Shown here one piece after another: positions 1 through 11,878 of a stretch of DNA of 58,391 nt (position 1 is the first letter of the stretch; every line of letters begins with the position of its first letter). Position numbers and translations under genes: made by a program. The DNA comes from an uncultured Muribaculaceae bacterium. GTDB lineage: Bacteria > Bacillota_I > Bacilli_A > RF39 > UBA660. The stretch is taken from assembly GCA_964513435.1 (NCBI GenBank), contig CAZEMQ010000001.1:71883-130273 (forward strand), read 5' to 3'. The notes beneath the pieces are model-generated. The model ran no database searches. It had not been told where the DNA came from and saw only the letters and a list, made by a program, of their open reading frames with translations.

Positions 1-212
1 TTAGATATTAAAGTACCATTATATTTATCTATATTTAATGTTTTCTTTAAATACGGCTCGGAATTTGCATTAGGTAATTCATCTAAATGTGGAAATCTAT
101 TGTATTTATCTAAGAAATTTCTACAAACCGCGTCTAATATAGTTTCCTAAATACCAGACTTATTTTTCAAAGTCTGATATTCAGGAAAATTTTTATTTAT
201 ACATGTTAACAT
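1..212 (-). CDS. hypothetical protein, 5' part only (continues past window start)
   Basis: ATG at 212-210 overlaps the TAA (208-206) of the upstream giant gene by 7 nt. The frame stays open to the window edge (MLTCINKNFPEYQTLKNKSGI-TAG-ETILDAVCRNF...) with one in-frame TAG. Confidence 0.5.
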
Positions 213-2284
213 GGATTCATTTTATTTTTAATAAGACAATCTAATAAATCCTTATCTACTTTCTTAATACCATTTTGTTTTATAGTAGGAATTTTCGATA
301 TTCCTAAATCTAACTTATTACTATCAACAGCCACATTCATTAATTGTCCGGAATCTATATCATATTCTATTCTTACAGCATATTGTTGATCACCATCCTA
401 CAAATTATAATTTATCGTTTTAGTAGGACTATCAATTCTTCCTGTTTGAAAGTAGTTAGTATCGACATCAGATATTTGAAATTCGTATTTACCTATAATG
501 TTTTGATTCTCATAATCATCATAAACATCATCTTCAAAATCCTATCTACTCAATTTTCTCATTAACTATACTTTTCTAGTTAATGGATTCCTATACCAAA
601 TGTTAGTAGAATAAGATTTATAAGGACTATCATACGGAGCTATATATGGAATAATTTCATCTAAGTCTATATTCTTTAAACTTATATCGGATTTATCAAT
701 AGCTGCTTCAAAATCATGAAAATTCTATATTTGTCCAGATGTCTAAAAATCTTCTAATATAGGAACTAATGATTTTTCATTTAATCTCCAACTATCTGCA
801 ATCATTCCGTAATAAGTAAATATATCAAGTAAAGGTATTGATGCTATACTATAATTCTATAAATTACCATCATTATTATAATTACTTACAGTATATTCAT
901 ACGAATATTTATTTAATTTATTAAATTCAGACTTATACGAATTAAGTAAAGCTCTTTCTGGATTTGTTCTAGGTAACATATTTATCGGAAGAGTATATAC
1001 AACAGTCGGATTTTTGGAAACAGTATTAGTAATTATATCATTATTTAAATCTCTTATAAATCTATTATCACTGATTGGATCAAACTATACATCTTGTTTA
1101 ATTTTACCCATTTTCAAATCTGGAATAATTGTATTTTCGACAAACATTCTAAATGTAGCATCACCCCAATCAGTTCCTAATTTAAAAGGAGTATCTTGTG
1201 TTAAATCATACTAGTTTCCATTATTATCAAATGCTTTATTGCCTTTTGGAATTATTACCTGTATGTTATTATGTCTCATCCAAGTTTTACGTAAATAATC
1301 ACCTACATACTTACTTATTCCATTAATTATTTTATTTTCATCTTTATAATTTATATCATTACTTAACTATAAAGATAAAGCTCGAATTGTTCTAAATTTA
1401 AAAGACTATTCTTCCTCTGCTAATGCTGTAGCTAGTGTTTGTACATATCCTAAATAATGAGAAACTGTAGAAATGACATCTAATACATTTACTGTATCTT
1501 TAACCTCTTCATATTTCTATACCATAGCTTCTCTATACTGTTGATTAAAAGCAAATCTTTTTAAATCTATTATATCAGCTTCATCCTTTGTTTTGTTATA
1601 AATAACTCTTTCTATATTATTAATTTGTCTAATAAATCCAGATAAATCTGTTTTTATTCCTTGATTTAGGCTTAGTATCTATCCTAATGTTCTAAATTCA
1701 GCTGCTCCATTTGCGAGAATTTTTAAATCATCCATAATTCCTTCATTCTTAGAAGCAAGATCTAAATTTTTAGTATATTCTTCTATAAAATCTATTAACT
1801 AGTTATATACTTCATTACCATAAACAGAATTACTTCTATATGCTTTTCTCAATTTTTCTAACGATTGTAATTTACTCTATAATGTGGCATTACTTTTTGC
1901 AAATATAGCTATCGCTTGATTAAATGGTAACTATTTTCCATCTTTATCTTTAATCCAATTTTCCTATTCTAAGAAACTTTGTCTAAAGAAATTTAATGGA
2001 GATATATCTAAACTATTTTTATCTAAATCTCTAGTAATATCAAATTTAGATAAAAACTTATTTGGAATTTTATCAAAATAATCAAATACTTGATCAATAG
2101 AACTATATGATTCAGTTTGTAAGAATACATTACTTTTTGTCAAAGAAGCTAACATTTTACCAACATCTGACATTAGTAATTTAGCTATATCTTCAAACTT
2201 CATTCCAATTGACAGTCCATATGTGTACATACTTATTGTACTTGCTGTTGCATTTAATTTGGATAACTATAATTCTTTAGCATT
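206..2284 (-). CDS. giant RNA-polymerase-like virion protein, exon 3 of 3
   Basis: Starts after the intron 3' splice site (..gacaaaattG|AATGCTAAAGAA). 2079 nt = 693 codons ending at TAA 208-206. In frame with track ORF 1964..2230. In the hand-checked lines (1801-1980) the only in-frame stops are TAG. Confidence 0.7.
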
Positions 2285-3770
2285 CAATTTTGTCTCTGAT
2301 ATATCGTTTCCACATATCATCTTTAGATTTCTCTAAAGTTCAGACTATATCATCTATGTAAAATATTTACACGCCTGGCACTTCGATTCTACTTAGAATC
2401 TACTCTACTAAGTTCTATTGTAAATAGCTTTTCGATAGTCGTTACTCTTTCCTCCTAATAGGAGACTTAGATCGGGATTATCCAATCTTTAATCTTATTA
2501 CCATACATGAGTAATTAGTTCATCCATATTTATATTACTATAAATACTTGGTAATTAAAGCTCTAAGGACTTTCCCCGAGTTCACCAGGTTTTATACCGA
2601 CTCTGCTTTTAAATCATTAATAAATTTAAGTTTATAATACATTGACGGGATTATATAAGGAAAAATTAATTTTTCAAAATCAAACCTAGATTTTTCAGAA
2701 ATATATATAACAAAATAATGTTTGTTCTTTTGTTTAGTACAAGATATATTCCATTTATCAAACATCCAATTAACTAAAAGATCTACTTCATTTTCTGTAA
2801 AACCATTAGTTGCTAGTGTACCACAATATGTTCCATCATCCATAAACCAAAACGCTAATGCTATTGGATTATTTATTTTACTTAAGAATTCAGATGTAAT
2901 AGTTTTAATTCCATTTGGATATAATAGATAATAAATATCATTAAATAGTTTATGAGATTTACTACTACCTCTCCATGTTTGATAAATTTTCCCAGTTCTT
3001 TTATCTGGAGATGGTGTATATAATTTATAATTTCCCATAAACTCTCCTAGAATTTTAACTTTTTCCATAAATAATTCTTCCTGTTTAATAGAATGTACAA
3101 TGCGTAAATTAGCATTCTTCATGGATTTAGTAAAATTAATCGAAGAATCTCCTAATAAACTTCCTAATATAAATTGTTCTTGTTCATTAGATAATTGTAT
3201 ATCTTTTTCTGAAAAATAATTATTTCTAGTAAATCGTCCTGCATTTTCTTCACGAGTTCTATAAGATTTTATTGTTGTTTCTTTAACTCCGAAAAAATTA
3301 GCTATCTCTAAATCAGATTTACCTTCATTCCAAAGTCTTTCAAAATCTTCCTGATTTATTTTCTTTTTCAAACGTTTTTCAATACCTAATTTACTAAGAT
3401 GATAACCTACAGTTCTTTCAGAAAGGTTTACTATTTTTCCTATTTCTTTACAAGTTTTTCCTTCTAGATATAAATTTTTTATTTGTTCTTTTTTACCTAA
3501 AAGTTTATCAACTTTTAATTTAGGTTCTTTATGACTTTTTCCTTTTTTTAATCCTAATTTTTGCAAACGTTTTGTAATAGTATTCCTATCACAATTCATT
3601 ATTTCTGCGATTTCTTTTATCTTTTTATTTTCATCAAGGTATAATTTTTTAATTTTGTTTTCATCAAGATTTAATTTACTCATAGCTATTATTTTAATTA
3701 TTATTCAATAATAGCATTTTTCTTAATGCTTTCAAAATAATTTCTCTTAAACTTTCATTTATACACGAAA
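2285..3770 (-). mobile_element. group I intron carrying a LAGLIDADG ORF in the P1 loop
   Basis: Minus-strand core elements: gtgaactcggggaaag (P3/P4-like), ggataatcccgatc, gtaacgactatcg (P7 5' strand), gatatagtctgaac (P7 3' strand, 2338-2351), then a P9 hairpin ctttagagaaatctaaag. P1: exon ACCGAU (3776-3771) pairs with IGS GUCGGU (2601-2596), ending in U.G. Removing the intron joins ..LSALLSLSTD|NAKELQLSKLNA.. in frame. Confidence 0.75.
2592..3683 (-). CDS. LAGLIDADG homing endonuclease with three N-terminal HTH repeats
   Basis: 363-aa intact ORF with no TAG. Two LAGLIDADG-type motifs (FILGSLLGDSSINF and LAFWFMDDGTY). Three repeated HTH modules at the N terminus (..IKEIAEIMNCDRNTITKRLQKLGL.., ..CKEIGKIVNLSERTVGYHLSKLGI.., ..LEIANFFGVKETTIKSY..). 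Lies inside intron 2285..3770. Confidence 0.85.
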   Translation of the reverse strand: MSKLNLDENKIKKLYLDENKKIKEIAEIMNCDRNTITKRLQKLGLKKGKSHKEPKLKVDKLLGKKEQIKNLYLEGKTCKEIGKIVNLSERTVGYHLSKLGIEKRLKKKINQEDFERLWNEGKSDLEIANFFGVKETTIKSYRTREENAGRFTRNNYFSEKDIQLSNEQEQFILGSLLGDSSINFTKSMKNANLRIVHSIKQEELFMEKVKILGEFMGNYKLYTPSPDKRTGKIYQTWRGSSKSHKLFNDIYYLLYPNGIKTITSEFLSKINNPIALAFWFMDDGTYCGTLATNGFTENEVDLLVNWMFDKWNISCTKQKNKHYFVIYISEKSRFDFEKLIFPYIIPSMYYKLKFINDLKAESV

Positions 3771-4748
3771 ATCGGTGCTTAAACTTAATAATGCTGATAG
3801 TATTATAGCAGCATCATAATCATTATCAACTTTTGCAAGAGCTATTAAAACATCATCGTTGATAATACTATTTATATTTTTAGTTCTAACGTTTGCTAAC
3901 AAGTTATACCTCTTACCAGAAATAAGTTTATTAAATAATAATCTTTTCTATTGTTCACGAGTACCATGATTCAGAATATAATTGTAATACTATGTTAGCG
4001 CAAAAAATGTCTTTAATCCAACTGCACATATTCCAATACACTATTTACCAACTTGATTATCATTAATAGATTGATTTTTATTTAAGAAATTACCAGAAGT
4101 TCTAGTCTTAATTTCCTCATTTTCTAAAGAACGATTTCCAACGTCTTTTAATGGTCCAGTTGTACCATCTACAGATGTCTACGCTTGTATTAAATTAACA
4201 GGATCAATTATACTATCGTACATTCCTTCCATAATCTAATTATTAATAATATGATTCAATTTATCTGAACCAACATTATCATAATATGAATTATGCTAAT
4301 TAATAATATCTCCTAACTTTTTAAACATTCTTTGAACTTGTTCTTCTGTTTCTAAATTAAATCCAGATATTCTACTAAATTCAGTTATTCGATTAAATTC
4401 AGAAATAAACTATCTAATAATACTTTGATCAGGAATAATTAAATTCTAGTATTCTTTTAATAACTAACCTAACGATTCTATATCAGATGCTCCATGTAAA
4501 TTTAATTCAACATTTACGTCATCTTCAGATTCGTCAAAATTAAATAAATAACCATATTTATTAAATATATCTAATACATCATTTAAATTATTAGATTCTA
4601 TAAGTTTTACATTCCTTCCAGTAGGAATTGGAAGTGTTTTAGATGCTAGTAATTTATCAACAGATGTTATATCAGCATAAGGAGACCAAAGTTGTAGTAA
4701 ACCATTCTTATCTATACTAAATGTAGCAAAATTTCCTGCGTCTATATC
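3771..4748 (-). CDS. giant RNA-polymerase-like virion protein, exon 2 of 3
   Basis: 978 nt = 326 codons, starting GAT ATA GAC GCA GGA (DIDAGNF..) and ending ..AGC ACC GAT. Open apart from TAG codons. Both ends are defined by P1/IGS pairings of the flanking introns. Confidence 0.75.
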
Positions 4749-5112
4749 CGTTTATACCCTAAATTTTCATTTAGGAACTGACTATATCTTCACATAATTA
4801 ATCACCAATTATGTGTCTCGCGCTTCCACTTAATAAGCGTACTCCTTTACAGGATAGTCGATGAACTTTTATCTTTATGCAATCATTTAAAATCGCACCT
4901 AAGATACTTAGCTGCGGATTGTCCAATTTCATACACTTTTTACTCTATCAACAGTAGTTAATTGTTGTCATTAGATATATTTCTATTCTAATTTAGTATG
5001 TATAAACTTAAGGAGTTTCCCGCAATTCACGAGATTTAACGACTACAATATTATTTTATTAAGCTATTATACTTAAAAGGTATAAATGTCACTCTATAAC
5101 GGTATAGAGTCA
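4749..5112 (-). mobile_element. group I intron, ORF-less (364 nt)
   Basis: P1: exon GACUAU (5118-5113) pairs perfectly with IGS GUAGUC (5046-5041), ending in U.G. Core: gtgaattgcgggaaactcc, ggacaatccgcagc, gttcatcgactatcc, gatatagtcag (4778-4788), P9 hairpin cctaaatgaaaatttagg, then omega-G at 4749. Without splicing, exon 1 runs into TGA three nt past the splice site. Confidence 0.8.
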
Positions 5113-8100
5113 ATAGTCTGAACCTTGTAACAGTATCTGATATGTAGATACATATGCGTTATTTATATCAGGATTGTCAAATGCAACGACTCTCATTGGC
5201 ATGTATGATTGCATAGACTGTGCTGGAATTCTAGCTGCAACTACATCTAACGATCTCAGAAAAGATGTATGTTTAGCTCTTCCCATCCTAATTATATAAT
5301 TATCTTCTGGTAATGTTTTATAATTATCTAAATTTATAGAATGAAATTCGTTGTTAGCATTTATAATATCTAAAGATTTTCTTCCATTTTTTGTTAAATA
5401 CCTTCCAAATCTCTTTGCTGTAGTATTACTTGATTTCTTTAAACTTGAAACTATCTATGTTAATAATGATGGACGTGTAACTAAATTATCAGATATTTTT
5501 ATGGTATCATATGATAAATTATTTATATAAAAATCAATATCGTCAGATACAATAACTTCATTACCTAAATTATCTGTGTAGATAGTAGTATCTGAAGTTA
5601 TTTCATACATATCATCCCCATTAGAATCCTATCTAAATATTCTTCCATCTTCATCTGTTCTATATATTATATTGTTTAACTTCTATAGATTAGAATTGGG
5701 TAAAAATCTAGTGTTAAGAAGATATATATGATTTCCATTAGATCTTTTAAATTCTATAGAATACTGATTTGGCTAAACTTTAGTTGATTGATTTAATAAA
5801 TACTATTTTATAAAGAAATCTTTATCATTCATAATAGTATGTAAATCGTCAAACTCCGTTAATCCAAATACAGTAGCAAATATTTTTGGAAGAATTACTT
5901 CATAAGCCTATCTAGATATAGAATTTCTATTTACGGAATAATATGTTCCATCAATTTTAACTTTATTAGTTCGATCTAATAATTCAATAACTTGTCCAAG
6001 TATGTTTATATAATTATTACCGTTTACAGTGATTCTTTCACCATTAAGAACAATTATATTTCCATCACTTCTACCTAATAGAATATTTACAACTGAAGCA
6101 AATTTATCAAACCACAATGGTGTATTCTCATAAGTATCAATAAAATCTCTTAGCTGCTATACTTTATCCTAGTACATTGGAGATAAATTGAACAAATCAC
6201 TCTACAACACACGTCTTATAAGTCGTTCTAATTGATTTATTACTTCTGGAACATTGTCAAGAGTTATTTCTGAAACAGTATCTGAATAATTTGAATACAG
6301 TTCATATAATCGCTGTATATTCTCTGGGATATTTTTCCAATTATCTCTTAGTTCAGTTAGTTCAAACAAATCCTACGCAGAATCTAAGTCCCATAATTGA
6401 AAATTACTACCATCTGTAGTAGAAAATCTAACATTATATCCAGCTAGATCTCTTCCTTCTTTTACATTTTCCACTACACTTATTACTATTCCATCCTATA
6501 TTTGTTTTTTCAAATTTTTATATTCCTGTGCAGTTCTTATAAGTACAGAATTAGTAACTGCTTCAAAAGTTAAATTGGTACTACCATCTTCTAATTCTTC
6601 ATTAACCGGAACCAAACTTGTAACATAATACGTCCTTCCTAGTTCTAGATTAGATATATTATTATCTAATCTTTTCAAAGCCATATCGTTTATACGGGTT
6701 TCATAATCAAAATCACTTTCATTTTCGAGCTAAGAGTATGTATTACGCATTGCTTCGTGCATCAATACAAAATGTTCCCATTCTTCATAAGATTTAAAAT
6801 CTCGATCTAAGGGCTTACTATTTCTCCAATTTTTCCATGTTTTTTCGTTAAACATCTAACGAAGTAATTCAGTATCAATTAATACTCTTCCGTCATAAGG
6901 ATTTTGTACTGCTACAGGTTGTTCATCAACAGTAGAAACTAACGAATTATAAGGAACACGTTCTATCTGCATTCCCATAAATTCCTACATATTAGGATTG
7001 TATAAAAATCCAGAATCATATATAGGAACTTGTTGTCTTTGAAGTTCTTCTAATTCTATTTCAGGATTAGTGAATGATTCTAATTTTCTATCCCCGTATA
7101 ATTTATATATATTATGTGATGGAGTAAGAACTGCAAGTAATCCAGAAACTTTCTATCTTATACCAGTTTTAGTTAAATAAGAAGTTATAGTAGATAAAAC
7201 TTTTGCATGAATAGTATTATCCGACAACGGCATCAATACTTTAGAATATTTTATTTCCTAACCTTCTCTAGCTTTTTTAATTAAGTCTCTAGCTATAATT
7301 TCTGCAAAATTGTTACTATTTGAAGTTTTATTTCCGAAAGCCTTTATAATAGACTTTACCATAACTTCCTATAGTTTATTAATAGACTATTCTGAACCAT
7401 CTGTAAATAATTCTTTTACAGCTTCAAAATGGTCTTTAGTATTTACTTCTGTTGCTTGTTTTAAAACATTGTATAAATCCATTGCAACGTCAACACTAAA
7501 TCCCCTAGATGCACAAGCAGATATTACCTAAGTCATTAGTGATACATCAGATTCATCAGCATGATGTTCTTTATCTAATTGAATTCCAGATTGATACATT
7601 GATATTTTTTGTATATCATAATCAACATTATCAAAGTATCTTTTAGCTGAATTCATATTAGCACCTCCTTGTTTGATAGCTCCAGCTGTAACCACATAAT
7701 GAACATCTGTGTGTTTTAATGGCTACCACAAATCATCCTAAGTTTCTACATTCTCATTAATTACATCACCTATACTATTCATTGCGATAACTACATTTTC
7801 TATAGAGGTATTTGAAAATTGTAATTTACCATTGACCATTTCCATAGAGTTCTATCCTCCGAATAGATTCCAAAGAGCGTAGTTAGTATTTATTGAGTGT
7901 TGTTCTGAAAATTCATTACCAATTGTATTTCCACTTATAGAAACTTCTTGTATTGCTACATTATATTCATTATTTCCTAAAGATGTTATATTATTTAATT
8001 TATAATATTTATCACCTCTTTTAAAATAAATATCATTGTAGACTATTTTATCGCCTTTGTAGTTAGTCGTTATATCTAATATGCTAGGAGATCCGTCTTG

Positions 8101-11100
8101 TCTTAACCATACATGATTTGTCATTTTTCTCATCATTGTTTGCATGAATTTTGAGTTTCTTATAGTATCATTAGTAAGACCAAAACCTGCGCATTTTATT
8201 ATTCCCGCTACTCCTAACTATTCTTCTTTAAAATGTACAAATAATTTCTTTGTTATACCAGCTCTCGCTCCTCCAAGAGAATTATTTTCTAATATTACAA
8301 TAAAAGGATTTACAAACACAGCTCCGTCAAACGGTTTTATAGACGAAACAGTACCATTTATCGTTCCTTGCTCATCTTTTATATCCTCTATTACCGCAAC
8401 ATTATAATCTTTGGGTATTCCTTTTAATAAATTTAATAAAAATGGATGCATTGCGGCGGTAAATGATACATTACGTTTATGCTAAGCATTAAATTGTGCT
8501 GCTTCTTGTACTAGTACATCATTAGAACCACTCTTCTAAGGATGTGCTACGAAAGAGCCAACAGTACTATTCATAAACTCCTATGTAAACAGATATTCTA
8601 ATGTGTTATACCATTCAAATAGAGGATTTAACTTTACATTAAGTTGATTTAATTCCGAATCAAGATCAATTCCATATTTTATTAAATCGTTTGTTGAGGT
8701 AATATTTATTCCTCGCACTTTTGCTAATATTACATCTCCAGAACTATTAATCCATTCTCTATAATTATCTCGAATATAACGTAATTCTGGCTACAATGTG
8801 TTAGAAGTGTTAATCCTAAATCCTTCTTTTAACATTGTTTTCAACAATTCTCTATTTTTAGCGTTCCAGAAATTTCCTTCTGATGGAAAATCAACTAAAA
8901 GTTCAGGATTATTAGCAAGAATAATACTATCTGGCTTAAATCTAGCAATCTAAGCTAGTATTACATCATTTGTTGCTAAATTTCCTTTATTACTTTTATA
9001 ATGTACTTGATCAACAATAGAAATAGGATTCAATCTATGTTGTTCATTATATTTACGAACAAAATATTTTATGAAATTGACAGGATTATCACCATACTAT
9101 GATAATCTAACTTGATTTATAAAAAACCATTCATTAAAGTTTACAAATCCATTTGTAAAATCGTTACCTAAACTTTTAACATCAGGAATGGTTTGAGATA
9201 TGTAGTTCTCTAATGTACGCCAATCGTTCGTAATCTAATTAGCCATATTTTCATAGAATTTCCCAAGTTCATTACTAATAAGAACTCTTAATTCAGGAAT
9301 GGATAAATCACGAACACGTTTAGTTATTTCATTACCGAGAGTTACCTCAGCATTTAAATTTATTACTATTTTCCCAATTGTACCTTTATCAGAATTAACA
9401 GATGGAAGAAATGCTACGATACCATTTCCAAATGGATATTTACCTTCTCTTTCTATTAATCCTCCTACAAAATCATATACTATTTCATAGTAAGTTAATT
9501 CTGAAGGAGTCATTGCTGTAATCTACTTAGAATTACCATTTGAATCGTAAAATTCTTTGGTTGTATATATTTCTTTTAATATTTCTGGATTTTGTAATAA
9601 TATAAAATGTCTAGACGCTGAATTTATTGACTTTTCTTGTAGTTCAAACTAACTTTGTACAGCTCCTAACAATCTACTTTGGGTCTACTAACTTTGTCCA
9701 TTACCTTCCCCATCTCTCACTATTGTAGAAGTAGTTACTCCTTGATAATTTGACTTTGCTATAGCGATGTTTCTCAAAGTTGGAATATCATTTCCATGAA
9801 CTAAGTTTAGTTCATCAAGAGCGTAATTATAACTAGGTGCATTTCTACCATATACGGATTTAATTATTCTATCTTTATCTATTGCATCACTAATTATTTC
9901 ATTAGAAACAAACTAGTTAAAGATTACTCTAGAAGCAAACTATAATAAACTTCTTGATAGGTTTGTTTTACCTTCAAATTGTTCAAACAAAGCATTACTA
10001 AAGTCAGAATCATTCTCTATTCCTAATCTTAAAATAGTATCTATGAATGGTAAAACTTCTTCATAAATTATACTATAACTAGTAGGAATACCTTCTACAG
10101 TAATATTTACATCACCGCTACCAGCAAATACTTGTACTGTTATGTTAGTATTAGGAATTGTAAAATATAGAGAACTTAACTTATGATTACTATCATACTA
10201 TGGATTTATATCTAATTCGTTTTTATAATCATCCCATGATTTTATTAGTCTTTTACTATTAGATGCATTTATTGTCTGTTCTATAGAACGTTGTACGTTA
10301 TTTACACTCTAATCTGTTAAAGTTCTTGTCTATACTAAACCATCTTGATCACGATAGTACTAAATATATTTTACATTAAATATAGAATCGGCAGTTTCAG
10401 CAATAAAACTGTAATAATCAGTATCAAAATCACCAGTAGTTAGATTATATAAACTATTAGATCCATTGAATATTCCGTATGATAAAGACCATAGTTTATT
10501 TAATTCGTTACTTGTAAAATTATCATATATTGTGTTATTATAAAGGTCTTTAAAATCAGAGTTAGTCAATATTTCAAACACCGAACTCAAATATTTTCTT
10601 GGATTTTCTCTAATTGTAGCAATAACATTTTTTAAAGATTTATTATATAATACGTCCTATGTTTTTTTACTTAAAGAATCCCATAAATCCTAATTATTAA
10701 AAATAAATTCATCGTTAAATATTATATTAGAAGTATTACTATTAAAAGCTAAATCTTTAATTTTAGCTATAATATGTTGAAAATCAGAAAAATGTAAAAG
10801 CTTTTCTCCTATTTGAGAATTACTATCCCATCTAAGTAAAGGTGTTGTATTTATTGCCAATCTTGTTATAGAATCAGCTTCTTCTTCAACATTTATATTT
10901 TCGTTAGTCCTCCAAGTAGTAGTAACTTTAGCTGTTTGAGCAGCTATTTGATATTTGTTTTCACCTGTTTTAATATTAAAATCTTTTATCTAAATACTTT
11001 TACCTAATAATAAAACAAGATAAGTGTCAAAATTATCAAGAATTACTCTTGCGTTATACGCTTCCAGTCTATTTCTAGCCTAAATTTTAGAATTATCATC

Positions 11101-11877
11101 TGACATATTACTATTCATAGTATTATATAACTATCTAAGCGTATCAGAATCAATTATATTTAAATAGTTATCCAATAATGGTTTTATTAGTTCCAATACT
11201 CCTGTATATTGATTATTTTCATTATACAATTGTGGATTCTTTAATGCTTCTCTGACATTATTGTCTATATGTAAATTAGGAGCTTGTCTTACTATCGACC
11301 AAATATAATTACAAATTTTACTAAGTAAATATTCTTGATAAATTCTAATATTTTGATTTAACTCAGAATTATTTCTAACAATACCTGTTTTAGCATTCTA
11401 TATAGATCCTCTATTTATAAATAAACAATCAAATAGATTTCTATTTGCCGTTCTAGTTGCAAATTCCTAAACTTCTTTAGCTAATCCATAAGCATTATCT
11501 AGAAAATCAGAATTTGCATCGGATCTTCTTCTAATTTGTTCAGGATTGAATATTCTATCATCACTAGTCTCTATAGAATCATTTATCTAAATATTCTTAA
11601 TGTTTGCAGTAATGTTATTAATAATATTTTCCGTAGATAAATAATCAGGAATTTGTGATGTTATACCATATCTAATTGCTGTACTATTTAATAACTATGC
11701 TACATCTACTATATTATTCTATACATCATATTTATCAGTGATTTCATTAAATAGATTCTTAACGTTAGCTTTTAGCATGGATGCAGACCAGTGGTCTTTA
11801 AGACTGCTCCTAAAGACCCTAGCTGCCATATTTTTAATCTATTTTAATGACTGATCGTCTATATTACATTTATTCAT
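5113..11877 (-). CDS. giant RNA-polymerase-like virion protein, exon 1 of 3 (spliced total 3,273 aa)
   Basis: ATG 11877. Six track ORFs (10360.., 9235.., 8218.., 7852.., 6496.., 5908..) all share its frame (offsets are multiples of 3). Hand-checked lines (5161-5520) contain only TAG as an in-frame stop. Ends ..QGSDY, which joins to DIDAG.. and gives DYDID, resembling the DxDxD metal-binding motif of crAss-type/QDE-1-like two-barrel RNA polymerases. The RNAP identity is an inference. Confidence 0.7.
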
Positions 11878-11878
11878 A

